This document shows positions 31,605 through 41,501 of a DNA stretch of 64,000 nt, one piece after another. Made by a program: the position numbers and the translations under genes. The stretch's first letter is position 1. Each line of letters starts with the position of its first letter. Location: the NCBI GenBank assembly GCA_964242885.1, contig CAXTBU010000001.1, positions 22,454 through 86,453 on the forward strand, written 5' to 3'. The notes under the pieces are model-generated. The model was not told the origin of the DNA, searched no databases, and saw only the letters and a list, made by a program, of their open reading frames with translations. This DNA is from an uncultured Actinomycetales bacterium (GTDB taxonomy: Bacteria > Actinomycetota > Actinomycetes > CAXTBU01).

Positions 31605-32894
31605 TCAGCCGAGGACGGTGACCGTGAGACCGGTCCGGCGCAGGCCGTCGACCACCCGGACCGCGTGCTCCGGGCCGCGGGTCTCCACCGCGACGTCGAT
31701 GGACACCTCGTCCAGGGCCAGCTCAGCGGCCACCCGCTGGTGTACGACCTCGAGGACGTTCGCGTCTGCGACGGCGAGCTCGGTCAGCACCCGCGCCAGG
31801 CCACCGGGCCGGTCGGGCACCACGACCCGCAGCGACAGGTAGCGGCCGGCGGCGACCAGCCCGGACCGGATGATCCGCAGCAGCAGCAGCGGGTCGACGT
31901 TCCCGCCGGACACCACGACCACGACCGGCGCCCGCAGGTCGGACACCGCGCCGTCGAGCACGGCCGCCACCCCGGCGGCACCAGCCGGCTCCACGACGAG
32001 CTTGGCGCGTTCCAGCATCAGCAGCACCGCGCGTGCCAGGGACGCCTCCGACACCGTGACGATGTCGTCGACGAGGTCGCGGACCAGGTCGAACGGGACG
32101 TCACCGGGCCGGCCGACCGCGATGCCGTCGGCCATCGTCGCCATCGACGGCAGCGCGACCGGCTCGCCGGCGGCCAGCGACAGCGGATAGGCCGCGGCGC
32201 CGGCGGCCTGCGCGCCCACCACCCGGACTCCCGGCCGGATCGCCTTCACCGCGGCCGCGATCCCGGCGAGCAGCCCGCCGCCACCGGTGCACACCACGAC
32301 GGTCGCGACGTCCGGGCACCGGGCGAGGATCTCCAGCCCGACCGTTCCCTGGCCGGCGACGATGTCGGGGTGGTCGAAGGGGTGCACCAGCACCGCGCCG
32401 GTCCGATCGGCGAACGCGCGTGCCGCGACGAGGGCCTCGTCGATCGTCGTCCCGGCCGTCACCACCGCGGCGCCGTAGTCCCGCGTCGCGTTCTCCTTGG
32501 CGATGGAGGCGCCCGCCGGCATGAACACCGTGGCCGGGGTGCCGAGCAGGCTGGCGGCCAGCGCCACTCCCTGGGCGTGGTTGCCGGCGCTGGCGGCGAC
32601 GACCCCGCGCGCCCGCTCCGCCGCCGGCATCCGCGCGATCCGGGTGTAGGCCCCGCGGATCTTGAACGACCCCGCGCGCTGCAGGTTCTCGCACTTGAGC
32701 AGCACCGGCCCGCCGACGGTCTCGGTGAGCAGCCGGGACCCCTGGGTCGGGGTGTCCCGGATGACCGGGGCGAGCGCGGCGGCCGCGGCCTGGATGTCGG
32801 CGAGCACTGCGGGCAGGTCCGCCCACCCACCGGCCCACCCACCGGCCCACCCACCGGCCAACCCACCGGCGTGAGGCGGCAGCGGCTCGGTCAC
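31605..32894 (-). CDS. ilvA: Threonine ammonia-lyase (threonine dehydratase) with C-terminal ACT-like domain
   Basis: LLKCENLQRAGSFKIRGAYTRIA...AASAGNHAQGVALAA (PLP fold-type II). N-terminal (GGWA)x3 repeat. Confidence 0.9.
   Translation of the reverse strand: MTEPLPPHAGGLAGGWAGGWAGGWADLPAVLADIQAAAAALAPVIRDTPTQGSRLLTETVGGPVLLKCENLQRAGSFKIRGAYTRIARMPAAERARGVVAASAGNHAQGVALAASLLGTPATVFMPAGASIAKENATRDYGAAVVTAGTTIDEALVAARAFADRTGAVLVHPFDHPDIVAGQGTVGLEILARCPDVATVVVCTGGGGLLAGIAAAVKAIRPGVRVVGAQAAGAAAYPLSLAAGEPVALPSMATMADGIAVGRPGDVPFDLVRDLVDDIVTVSEASLARAVLLMLERAKLVVEPAGAAGVAAVLDGAVSDLRAPVVVVVSGGNVDPLLLLRIIRSGLVAAGRYLSLRVVVPDRPGGLARVLTELAVADANVLEVVHQRVAAELALDEVSIDVAVETRGPEHAVRVVDGLRRTGLTVTVLG
32822..32869. 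repeat. 12-bp tandem repeat x4 (cccacccaccgg) encoding (GGWA)n at ilvA 5' end
   Basis: Read directly. Confidence 0.85.
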
Positions 32895-32961
32895 CTGCGC
32901 ACGGTAACCACCAGGCGACCCCGAGCCGCCGACGCGGGCGGGTCCGACCTACCTTCGCCCT

Positions 32962-34509
32962 GTGACCGATGCCTCCCGTCCGGATCCCGCCGCGACGCCC
33001 GCCTCCACGACGCCCGCCTCCACGACGCCCACCCCCGCGACGCCCGCCTCTGCGACGTCCGCTCCCGCGACTCCCCCAGCCGCGGTCGTCCTCCCCGCCG
33101 CCGGGGTGCTCCTACCGCCGCCGAGCGACCTGCCGGCCACCGTCGGGCAGCTCCGTGCCGCCGGCCACGTGAACCGCAGTGTCGCCGCGGAGATCCGGGG
33201 CAACCTGGTGGCCCGGATGCGCAGCGGCCAGCCGCGGTTCCCGGGCATCGTCGGCTTCGACGACACCGTGCTGCCGGAGGTCGAACGCGCGCTGCTGGCC
33301 GGCCACGACATGGTGCTGCTGGGCGAGCGCGGGCAGGGCAAGACCCGGCTGATCCGCACCCTGTCCGGGCTGCTGGACGAGTGGAGTCCGGCCATCGCCG
33401 GCTCGGAGGTCAACGAGCACCCGTACGCCCCGTTCACCGCCGCCTCGGTCCGCCGGGCCGCCGAGCTGGGCGAGGAGCTGCCCGTCGTCTGGCGCCACCG
33501 CTCCGAGCGGTACGCGGAGAAGCTGGCCACCCCGGACACGTCGGTCGGGGACCTCGTCGGCGACGTGGACCCGATCCGGGTCGCCGAGGGCCGGTCGCTG
33601 GGCGACCCGGAGACGGTCCACTACGGCCTGGTGCCGCGGACCAACCGCGGGATCTTCGCGGTCAACGAGCTGCCTGACCTGGCCGAGCGGATCCAGGTCG
33701 CGCTGCTGAACGTGCTGGAGGAGCGCGACATCCAGGTCCGCGGCTACTCGCTGCGGCTGCCGCTGGACGTGCTGGTCGTGGCCAGCGCCAACCCGGAGGA
33801 CTACACCAACCGGGGCCGCATCATCTCCCCGCTCAAGGACCGGTTCGGCGCGGAGATCCGCACCCACTACCCGATCGAGCTGTCCGACGAGGTGGACCTG
33901 GTCCGCCAGGAGGCTGCCCCGGTCGCCGCGGTGCCGGACCACCTGCTGGAGGTGCTGGCCCGGTTCACCCGCGCGGTCCGCGACTCCCCGTCGGTGGACT
34001 CCCGCTCCGGGGTGTCGGCCCGGTTCGCGATCGCCGCCGCCGAGACGGTCGGGGCCGGGGCGCTGCGGCGCGCGGCGCTGACCGGCGAGGACGGGGCGGT
34101 GGCCCGGGTCGGTGACCTGCCGCCGGTCGTCTCCACGCTGCGCGGCAAGGTCGAGTTCGAGATGGGCGAGGAGGGCCGCGAGGAGGAGCTGCTCGCGCAC
34201 CTGCTCCGGCTGGCCGTCGTCGAGGTGTACCGCGACCGGCTCGCCGGCATCGACGTCGCCGGGTTCACCACCGCGTTCGCGGACGGCCGGGTCGTCGAGG
34301 CCGGTGAGCTCACCAGCTCAGCGGACCTGCTCTCGGCCGTGGGGACGCTGCCGGGCCTGGCCAAGGTGCTCACCGCGCTGGGCTTCGACGACGCCGCCGG
34401 CCCCGCCGAGGCCGCGTCCGCCGTCGAGTTCGTGCTGGAGGCGCTGCACCTGACCCGGCGGCTGTCCAAGGAGACGTCCGCGGACGGGCGGACGCTGTAC
34501 GGGAGCTGA
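32962..34509 (+). CDS. AAA+ ATPase, Mg-chelatase ChlI-like (Rv0958-like)
   Basis: VLLGERGQGKTRL (Walker A) ...LVPRTNRGIFAVNELPDLAERIQVALLNVLEE (Walker B / sensor region typical of ChlI/BchI-like ATPases); Pro/Thr/Ala-rich N-terminus. Confidence 0.7.
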   Translation: MTDASRPDPAATPASTTPASTTPTPATPASATSAPATPPAAVVLPAAGVLLPPPSDLPATVGQLRAAGHVNRSVAAEIRGNLVARMRSGQPRFPGIVGFDDTVLPEVERALLAGHDMVLLGERGQGKTRLIRTLSGLLDEWSPAIAGSEVNEHPYAPFTAASVRRAAELGEELPVVWRHRSERYAEKLATPDTSVGDLVGDVDPIRVAEGRSLGDPETVHYGLVPRTNRGIFAVNELPDLAERIQVALLNVLEERDIQVRGYSLRLPLDVLVVASANPEDYTNRGRIISPLKDRFGAEIRTHYPIELSDEVDLVRQEAAPVAAVPDHLLEVLARFTRAVRDSPSVDSRSGVSARFAIAAAETVGAGALRRAALTGEDGAVARVGDLPPVVSTLRGKVEFEMGEEGREEELLAHLLRLAVVEVYRDRLAGIDVAGFTTAFADGRVVEAGELTSSADLLSAVGTLPGLAKVLTALGFDDAAGPAEAASAVEFVLEALHLTRRLSKETSADGRTLYGS

Positions 34510-34543
34510 CCCTCCGGCAGCCGCCCCGGGCCGCGGGAGCGGG

Positions 34544-35118
34544 TCAGGACTCCGGACGCGAGCTGGGCACCACGCCCGACGTCTGCGGTGCCACCGCGGG
34601 GGCCTGTTGGGCGACGCCCGGGGGGTCCTTGGGGTGACGCGGGCTCGGCCCGCCGTTCCCACGGGCGGTCCGAGGGGGTGCGGACCGCTCGTCGGAGGCG
34701 GACGGACCGGCCAGCAGCGCACACCGTGCGGCGATCCGGAAGGCGACGGCCGGGTCCCGACAGACGATCCGGGCTGTCCGGTCGTCCCCGTGGGTGATCA
34801 CCGCGACGGTGTACCGGCCGGCGCGTTCGGTCCGAGCCGACCCGATGGAGCGCAGCGGCAGGTCGATCGGGGCGCCGTCGATCAGGTTCACGGGTTCGAC
34901 GACGAGCGCGCCGCGCCGCGCGATGGACACCGTCCAGCGGCTTCTCCGGGCGCCCCGGAACTGCTCGACGTAATCCGGCCCGAGATCGACCACGACTCGG
35001 GACCACCGCAACGATGACAGCAGCACGGGCGCTCCCCGGGACGGGTCCGGTGAACGCTGACCAACGCGTCGGCACCGGACGTGAATGCACGGTCCCGAGC
35101 GTGCCCGAACGGCGGGCA
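34544..35118 (-). CDS. Hypothetical protein (unknown family) between the ATPase and VWA genes on the opposite strand
   Basis: Plausible 191-aa part of track ORF starting at ATG 35116-35118 (MPAVRARSG...VVVDLGPDYVEQFRGARRSRWTVSIARRGALVVEPV). No recognised motif; could be artefact. Confidence 0.3.
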
Positions 35119-35336
35119 TTGTGGTCGGAATGTTCGGCGGGCCACTTCCGAGTTCTGTACGTGGATTGGCCGTGACCGTCGCCGGGAATGAGCGCTGCGA
35201 ACAATGATCAAGCGGTGTTGTCGCGGACCAAGAGGTCGGGCCACCGGCCGCACCGGGCGATCGGCCCAGTCCGGACCAGCGAGTCGACGTCCGACCCCAC
35301 GGGCGGCGCCGGCGCACCGGGCCTAGCGTCGGGTCC

Positions 35337-37346
35337 GTGCCTCGCTCTCCGCGCCGGTTCCGCTACGCAGCCTGGGCCGACGGCCCCGACCCGCTGGCCC
35401 CACCGTTCGATCTCCGCGCCGCCGTCGACGAGATCGGGCAGCGGGTGCTCGCCGGCGACAGCCTGCGCGACGCCATCCGCGACCTGCTGCGCCGGGGCCC
35501 GGACGGCCGGCAGCGCGGCGGGCTGGACGACCTGGCGCGCAAGGTGCGCAAGCGCCGCGAGCAGCTGCGCAGGTCGGGCCGGTTCGGCGGCACCCTGGAC
35601 CAGGTCCGCGAGCTGCTGGACCGGGCGCTGGAGGCCGAACGCGCCGAGCTGATGGCCGACGACAGCGACGACGCCCGGTTCGCCGAGGCCGAGCTGGACG
35701 CGGTGCCCACCGACACCGCCCGCGCGGTGTCCGCCCTGGCCGAGCGGCAGTGGCGGTCCCCGCAGGCGGCACAGGCCTACGAGCAGATCAAGCAGCTGCT
35801 GCAGCGCGACGTGCTCGACGCCCGGTTCCGTGGGATGGCGCAGGCCCTGGCCAACCCGGACCCGGCGGCGATGGCCGCGGTCAAGGACATGCTGTCGGAC
35901 CTCAACCAGCTGCTGGATGCGCACGCCCGCGGTCAGGACACCGGCGAGCAGTTCGCCGAGTTCATGAGCAAGCACGGCGAGTTCTTCCCCGACGACCCGG
36001 CCGACGTCGACGAGCTGCTGGACTCCCTGGCCCGCCGGCAGCAGGCCGCCGCGAAGATGTTCGCCTCGATGACGCCGGAACAGCGCCAGCAGCTCGGCGA
36101 GCTGATGGACGGCGCCATGCAGGACATGGACCTGGCGGCGCAGCTGGCGGCGCTGGACGACGCGGTCAAGGCGCTGCGCCCGGGCTCCGGCCGGGTGCGG
36201 GGTGAGCAGATGGGCAGCGGCCCGGGCATGGGCACCGGGCAGTCCCTGGACCTGCTGGAGGAGATGGGCGACCTCGACGCGCTCGCCGAGCAGCTCGCGC
36301 AGGACCACCCGGGCGCGACGCTGGACGACGTCGACGTGGACACCGTCGAGCGGCAGTTCGGCGCGCGGACGGCCGCGGAGGTGCAGCGGCTGCGCGACCT
36401 GGAGCGGGAGCTGCAGCGGCAGGGCTTCCTCACCCGCGGCCGGGGCGAGGAGCTGGCGCTCACCCCCAAGGCGCTGCGACGCCTGGGCCAGACCGCGCTC
36501 AAGGCGGCGTTCGACCAGGTGCGTGTCGGCAAGCGCGGAACCCACGACACCCGGTCCGCGGGGGCGGCCGGGGACCCGACGGGCAGCCACCGGCAGTGGG
36601 AGTTCGGCGACGAGCAGCCGCTGGACGTGGTGCGGACGGTCTCCAACGCGGTGCTGCGCTCGGCCTCGGACCGGACGCCGCCGCCCGTCAACGCCCGGAC
36701 CGGCCGGCGGACCGTCCGGCTGGAGCCGGACGACTTCGCGGTGACCGAGACCGAGCAGCGGTCCTCGGCCGCGGTGGCGTTGTGCGTCGACCTGTCCTAC
36801 TCGATGGTCGCCGAGGACCGCTGGGGGCCGATGAAGCAGACCGCGCTGGCGGTCGCGCACCTGATGGCGACCCGGTTCCCGCAGGACTCGCTGCAGATCA
36901 TCGGGTTCAACCGGGTCGCGGCGCCGATGACGACCGCAGAGCTCGCCGCGGTCGATCCCGAGTACCTGCAGGGCACGAACCTGCAGCACGCCCTGATCCA
37001 CGCCGGGCGGCACCTGCGCCGGCACCCCCAGGCCGAGCCGGTCGTGCTCGTGGTCACCGACGGCGAGCCGACCGCGCACCTGGAAGCCGACGGCGAGGCG
37101 TTCTTCGACTGGCCGCCGCGCCCGGAGACCATCCGGGCCACCGTGGAGGAGGTCGACGCGCTCACCCGCGCCGGAGCGACGATCAACCTGTTCATGCTGG
37201 GCGAGGACCGGGGCCTGCAGCGGTTCGTCGAGGCGATCGCCAGGCGCAACGGCGGGCGGGTGTTCTCCCCCGACCCGGCTCGGCTCGGCGCGTTCGTGGT
37301 CGCCGACTACCTGCGCGCCCGCACCGGACGCCGCGCCGCGGCCTGA
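35337..37346 (+). CDS. von Willebrand factor A (VWA) domain protein (Rv0959-like partner of the ChlI-like ATPase)
   Basis: C-terminal VWA with MIDAS motif (VALCVDLSYSMVAED...VVLVVTDGEPTAH); long alpha-helical acidic N-terminal region. Confidence 0.75.
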   Translation: MPRSPRRFRYAAWADGPDPLAPPFDLRAAVDEIGQRVLAGDSLRDAIRDLLRRGPDGRQRGGLDDLARKVRKRREQLRRSGRFGGTLDQVRELLDRALEAERAELMADDSDDARFAEAELDAVPTDTARAVSALAERQWRSPQAAQAYEQIKQLLQRDVLDARFRGMAQALANPDPAAMAAVKDMLSDLNQLLDAHARGQDTGEQFAEFMSKHGEFFPDDPADVDELLDSLARRQQAAAKMFASMTPEQRQQLGELMDGAMQDMDLAAQLAALDDAVKALRPGSGRVRGEQMGSGPGMGTGQSLDLLEEMGDLDALAEQLAQDHPGATLDDVDVDTVERQFGARTAAEVQRLRDLERELQRQGFLTRGRGEELALTPKALRRLGQTALKAAFDQVRVGKRGTHDTRSAGAAGDPTGSHRQWEFGDEQPLDVVRTVSNAVLRSASDRTPPPVNARTGRRTVRLEPDDFAVTETEQRSSAAVALCVDLSYSMVAEDRWGPMKQTALAVAHLMATRFPQDSLQIIGFNRVAAPMTTAELAAVDPEYLQGTNLQHALIHAGRHLRRHPQAEPVVLVVTDGEPTAHLEADGEAFFDWPPRPETIRATVEEVDALTRAGATINLFMLGEDRGLQRFVEAIARRNGGRVFSPDPARLGAFVVADYLRARTGRRAAA

Positions 37347-37378
37347 CGACCCGTCGGGGGGCAGCGGTCGCGATCGGG

Positions 37379-38884
37379 CTACCGCGTCCACAGCTCGAGC
37401 GCGGTCCGCCCGAACGAGGTCGACCGGGCCCGGGCGAAGCCGGCGTTCTCCAGCGCCGCCCGCTCGTCGCGCTGGGTGACCGGATTGGTGACCGGGAACG
37501 TGACCATCCAGACGCGCCGGTACTGGCTGACCCGCTGCGCGAACACCGCCCTGTCCACGCCGTAGCCGTACAGGTTCCGGCCGGTGATCCGGTCGACGCC
37601 GAGGCTGACGTCGGACAGTCCGCGGACCGACTCGGGGTAGGCGACCGTCGCGCCCCGCGGGTAGCTGTCCGGGAAGCTGACCGCGTCGCCCGCCCGCCTC
37701 TCGGCGCCGATGGCCGCGAGCGCGGCGCGCGGGTCGTCGCGGTACCCGTCACCGCGCCCGGCGCTCTGGCGCTGCAGGACCTGCGGCTGGAGTCCGGCGA
37801 GGACGACCACGGAGACGAGCAGCGGCGCGGTGAGGCGCTGCCGCGGCAGGACTGCGACGAGGTGGCCCGCGAACAGCGCCAGCGGGATCGTGGCCGTCCC
37901 GAGGTACCGGTCGTCCAGCAGCGGGTCGACCTGCGAGACCACCCACAGCACAGCGGTCGGCGCGACGAGCAGGGTGACCAGCGCAGCCGTGCCGGCCGGC
38001 CGGGTCCCGGAGCGGCGTGTGAGCGCCATCACCATCCCGCCGACGGCCAGCAGCCCGACCACCACCGCCAGCACGATGTCGTCGCTGAACCAGGCCTGCG
38101 CGGCGAGTTCCGGCAGCCCGCCGAGGGTCGGGCGACGGATCCAGCCGACCTGGCCGGACTGGCGGTTCGCGGGGACCGCGACGACCAGCGCGGCCAGTGT
38201 CGGCAGGACGAACAGGGCCAGCCGGCGCAGCAGCCGCCGCGGTGACCGCCAGGCGCCGCCCGCCAGCCCCACGTGGAGCGCGTGGGCGAGCATGGCGAGC
38301 GCGCCGAACAGGAAGACGGCGCTCGCCGCGGCCATCGTCAGCGTGTACGCGACCGCCCACCGGCGGCGGCCGGACGCGGTGGCCCGGAGCAGGAAGAACG
38401 TCGCGCCCGCGACCAGCGCAACCGACAACGCCGGTGAGCGCGCGTTGGCCCCGTCGTAGCTGGTCAGCGGCAGCGTCGCGAAGAGCAGTCCGCCGAGGAC
38501 CGCGGTGCGGCGGCCGAAGACCTGCCACCCGATCCCGGCGACGGCCGCTGCGGCGCCGGCCGCAGCGAACGCTGACGGCAGCCGTAGCCAGCTCTCGGCG
38601 GTGCTGACCTGGGCCCAGGGCCAGAGCAGTGTGTAGTAGGCGCCGTGGACAGCGTCCACGTTGCGCAGCAGCCGCAGCAGGTCCGGGAACGGACGGTCGA
38701 CCGCCGACACGGTGGCCGTCTCGTCCAGCCAGTAGCTGGGCCGGCCGGCGAGCAGCAGGCTGAGCACGAGGGCGAGGAGGGCCGGTCCCGCGACTGCGAC
38801 AGCAGCTGAGCGCCCGCCGTCCGCCGGACGAGGCACAGCCTCGGCCGCAGAAGGCGGCTCCGCCAGGACCTCGAGCTGTCTCAT
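37379..38884 (-). CDS. GT-C fold membrane glycosyltransferase (family 39 / PMT_2-like mannosyltransferase)
   Basis: ~12 predicted TM helices, N-terminal loop motif SYWLDETATVSAVDRPFPDLLRLLRNVDAVHGAYYTLLWPW resembling GT39/ArnT-type loop 1. Confidence 0.5.
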   Translation of the reverse strand: MRQLEVLAEPPSAAEAVPRPADGGRSAAVAVAGPALLALVLSLLLAGRPSYWLDETATVSAVDRPFPDLLRLLRNVDAVHGAYYTLLWPWAQVSTAESWLRLPSAFAAAGAAAAVAGIGWQVFGRRTAVLGGLLFATLPLTSYDGANARSPALSVALVAGATFFLLRATASGRRRWAVAYTLTMAAASAVFLFGALAMLAHALHVGLAGGAWRSPRRLLRRLALFVLPTLAALVVAVPANRQSGQVGWIRRPTLGGLPELAAQAWFSDDIVLAVVVGLLAVGGMVMALTRRSGTRPAGTAALVTLLVAPTAVLWVVSQVDPLLDDRYLGTATIPLALFAGHLVAVLPRQRLTAPLLVSVVVLAGLQPQVLQRQSAGRGDGYRDDPRAALAAIGAERRAGDAVSFPDSYPRGATVAYPESVRGLSDVSLGVDRITGRNLYGYGVDRAVFAQRVSQYRRVWMVTFPVTNPVTQRDERAALENAGFARARSTSFGRTALELWTR

Positions 38885-38915
38885 GAACCCCCGGGATCGC
38901 GACTGTGACGGCTGG

Positions 38916-40034
38916 TCACCCGGCGACCGTCACCGGGGCGCCGTGCTTGCTGCGGCCGCGCAGCCAGCGCTCAGCCGGGCGCTCGACGCGCGTGTGCAGC
39001 AACCAGGCGGCGCCGACCGACAGGACGAAGGCCAGAACGCCGAACGGCAGGCCAGCACCCGGCAGCTGAGGGAGGTGGGACACCCCGACGGCGATCGTCT
39101 TGATGACCAACTGGTGCGTCAGGTAGAAGCAGTAGCTCAGGCTCGCGGCGACAACCATCACGCGGTTGGCGAACACGCTCCCTCGGCCGCTCAGGTCGCG
39201 TCGAGCGGCAGCAGAGATCAGTAAGAGGAACGGGAGGACCGGGAGGGCAGTCGCACCGAAGGTCGCCACCGGTACAACGTTGATAAGGATCAGAACGAGC
39301 GCCGTGATCACCAGGGCGGTACGCAGGCCGACACCGGAGGCCACCACCTCACCTCGCGCAACGTCCACTGCCAGCGTGCACCCCAGCAGAAAGCCGAGCA
39401 GGCCGGTGACCGGGAACTGGTGCGCCAGCCACTCGAGAGGAATGACCGCGGCGGCTGTGGCCAGCACAACGACCCCCGCCAGCAGGCACACCTGCAGGAG
39501 CCGCCGGCCGCGGCGCGCAAGCCGAAGCATCGGCCCGATGAGCAACGGGAACACCAGGTAGAAGAATGCCTCACAGCTCAGGGCCCAGGCGACGCCGTTC
39601 GAGGAGAAGTAGTACCTCGCCGTCGGGAACCACGACTGGACGAGGACGAGACTCGCGAGCGCAGGGCCTTCTGCGAAGGTGTGCTGCTGAACAAAGGTGC
39701 TGACGAGCAGTCCGAAGACCAAGGTGACCAGGTAGACCGGGTAGATCCGGGCGAACCGCCGACGCCAGAACCCGGTGGCGGTGTCGTCAGGTCGGGCGGT
39801 CCACACGAGCACGAAACCGGAGAGCACGAAGAAGAAGGTGACCGTGTAGTACCCGCCGGCTCCGATGCTCTGCCCCACGAGCTCGTGCAGACGGCCGCCG
39901 AACAGCGTGTTGACGTGCACGGAGAAGACCATGAACGACGCTACCGGTCGGATCCCGGACAGGCTGTCCAGCCGCGGTGGCCGACCGGACCGCCGCAGAG
40001 CCCCGGACCGTTGTTGTGCTCCGAGCTGCGACAT
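38916..40034 (-). CDS. Acyltransferase family 3 (OafA/YrhL-like) membrane protein
   Basis: LDSLSGIRPVASFMVFSVH...SGFVLVW...RRFARIYPVY...WALSCEAFFYLVFP (acyl_transf_3 hallmarks). Confidence 0.75.
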   Translation of the reverse strand: MSQLGAQQRSGALRRSGRPPRLDSLSGIRPVASFMVFSVHVNTLFGGRLHELVGQSIGAGGYYTVTFFFVLSGFVLVWTARPDDTATGFWRRRFARIYPVYLVTLVFGLLVSTFVQQHTFAEGPALASLVLVQSWFPTARYYFSSNGVAWALSCEAFFYLVFPLLIGPMLRLARRGRRLLQVCLLAGVVVLATAAAVIPLEWLAHQFPVTGLLGFLLGCTLAVDVARGEVVASGVGLRTALVITALVLILINVVPVATFGATALPVLPFLLLISAAARRDLSGRGSVFANRVMVVAASLSYCFYLTHQLVIKTIAVGVSHLPQLPGAGLPFGVLAFVLSVGAAWLLHTRVERPAERWLRGRSKHGAPVTVAG

Positions 40035-40144
40035 CGTTCTCCTCCGGCAGCGAAAGCCGACGGCGCAGCTCCGCGCCGCCCGAAGTGGACCACCCGTGCC
40101 GCGGGTTCGTCAACCTGGAGCAGAGCAGCGACAGGTCGGGGGGC

Positions 40145-41347
40145 TCACTCCCGCAGCGTGACCGGGGGGCGGCGGCGCGAGCGGCCGCGGAGCAGCGCGT
40201 TGCCGGGGATCTCGACGGAGCGGTGCAGGGCCGAGGCTGTGGGTACCGCCAGGGCGAAACACAGGGCCGCCCACACGACGCCTCCGCCGGGCACGCCGAG
40301 ATCGCCGATCGGCAGGCTCGCCACGACCTTCAGAACGAGTTGGTGCACGAGGTAGAAGCAGAAGCTGATCTCGCCGAACCACACGAACGGACGCCAGGTC
40401 ATGACCGACTTCCGCCCCGCGAGATCCGCGAGCGCGCCGGCGTTGAGCAGGAGCAGCAGGGCGATCGTCAGCAGAGGCAGCACGTCGAGGAGGGGGATCG
40501 GCAGGACTGAGACGACCCAGACTCCAGCTGAGATGAGAAGAGCTCGACCGAGCCCGACCCGTCGGGCCAGTACCTCGCCGCGGGCGATGTCGATCGCGAG
40601 CGTGCAACCCAGGACGAACTCTGGGAGCCGCGCGAGCGGGAACTGGTTGGTCAACCACCCGACTCCGGTGACCCTCGCGGTCACTGCGAAGACGATCAGC
40701 ACCAGCAGCAGTAGCACCTGGAGTCGTCGACGACCACGACGCCCGAGGGAAGCGAGGGGTCGGATGAACAGCGGGAAGACCAGGTAGAAGAACACCTCAC
40801 ACGCGATCGTCCAGTCGACACCGTTGTAGGAGAAGTACCAACGGGAGTCGGGAAACCATGCCTGCACGGCGAACAGAGTTGCGACGAAGGGGCCGGCGGG
40901 CAGCGGGTGGCGCTGCACCAGACCTGTCACGACGACAGCAGCCAACAAGGTCACGACATACGCGGGGTAGATGCGCGCGAACCGCCGCTGCCAGAATCCC
41001 CGAGCGGTGTCGCCGGGCCGGGTCGCCCAGGTCAGGACGAACCCGGAGAGGGCGAAGAAGAAGCCCAGCGCGCGGCTGCCGGGCAGTCCGATGGTCTCGG
41101 CGATGCGCTCCGGTCGGCCCGACAGCACCAAGCCGGCGTGTGGGATGAAGACGATCGCCGCGGCCAGGCCGCGCAGACCTGTCAGGGCGTCCAGCCGGGG
41201 CCGGGTCGCTGCTTGCGTCGAGCGCGGGTTGCGCGGCGGCACCATCGTCTGCGGGAGGACGGCGCCGTACGACGAGACGTCACCGGTGATCGTCGGGGCC
41301 GACGCGCTTCCGCCGACCGGCGGGCCGCTCCCGTTCGTGTCCGGCAT
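40145..41347 (-). CDS. Acyltransferase family 3 membrane protein (tandem paralog)
   Basis: LDALTGLRGLAAAIVFIPH...SGFVLTW...RRFARIYPAYVV...WTIACEVFFYLVFP; ~45% identical by eye to the neighbour. Confidence 0.75.
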   Translation of the reverse strand: MPDTNGSGPPVGGSASAPTITGDVSSYGAVLPQTMVPPRNPRSTQAATRPRLDALTGLRGLAAAIVFIPHAGLVLSGRPERIAETIGLPGSRALGFFFALSGFVLTWATRPGDTARGFWQRRFARIYPAYVVTLLAAVVVTGLVQRHPLPAGPFVATLFAVQAWFPDSRWYFSYNGVDWTIACEVFFYLVFPLFIRPLASLGRRGRRRLQVLLLLVLIVFAVTARVTGVGWLTNQFPLARLPEFVLGCTLAIDIARGEVLARRVGLGRALLISAGVWVVSVLPIPLLDVLPLLTIALLLLLNAGALADLAGRKSVMTWRPFVWFGEISFCFYLVHQLVLKVVASLPIGDLGVPGGGVVWAALCFALAVPTASALHRSVEIPGNALLRGRSRRRPPVTLRE

Positions 41348-41501
41348 TGGTCAGCTCTCACTCGTCGGACGCTCGACGGGTCGAGACTAACGACCAGACT
41401 CGCTCGACCGTGCCGCTCGCACACAGCCGCGGCCCGAGGTGGACTCCCAACGCCGCGACGCGCGCCGGCCCGCGTTCGCTGACCGCGCGGTCACCTGACC
41501 G

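Noticed and set aside
37347-37378. Possible bidirectional terminator hairpin between convergent VWA and GT-C genes
   Set aside because: Only weak, imperfect complementarity (gacgacccgtcgggggg) and no convincing stem.
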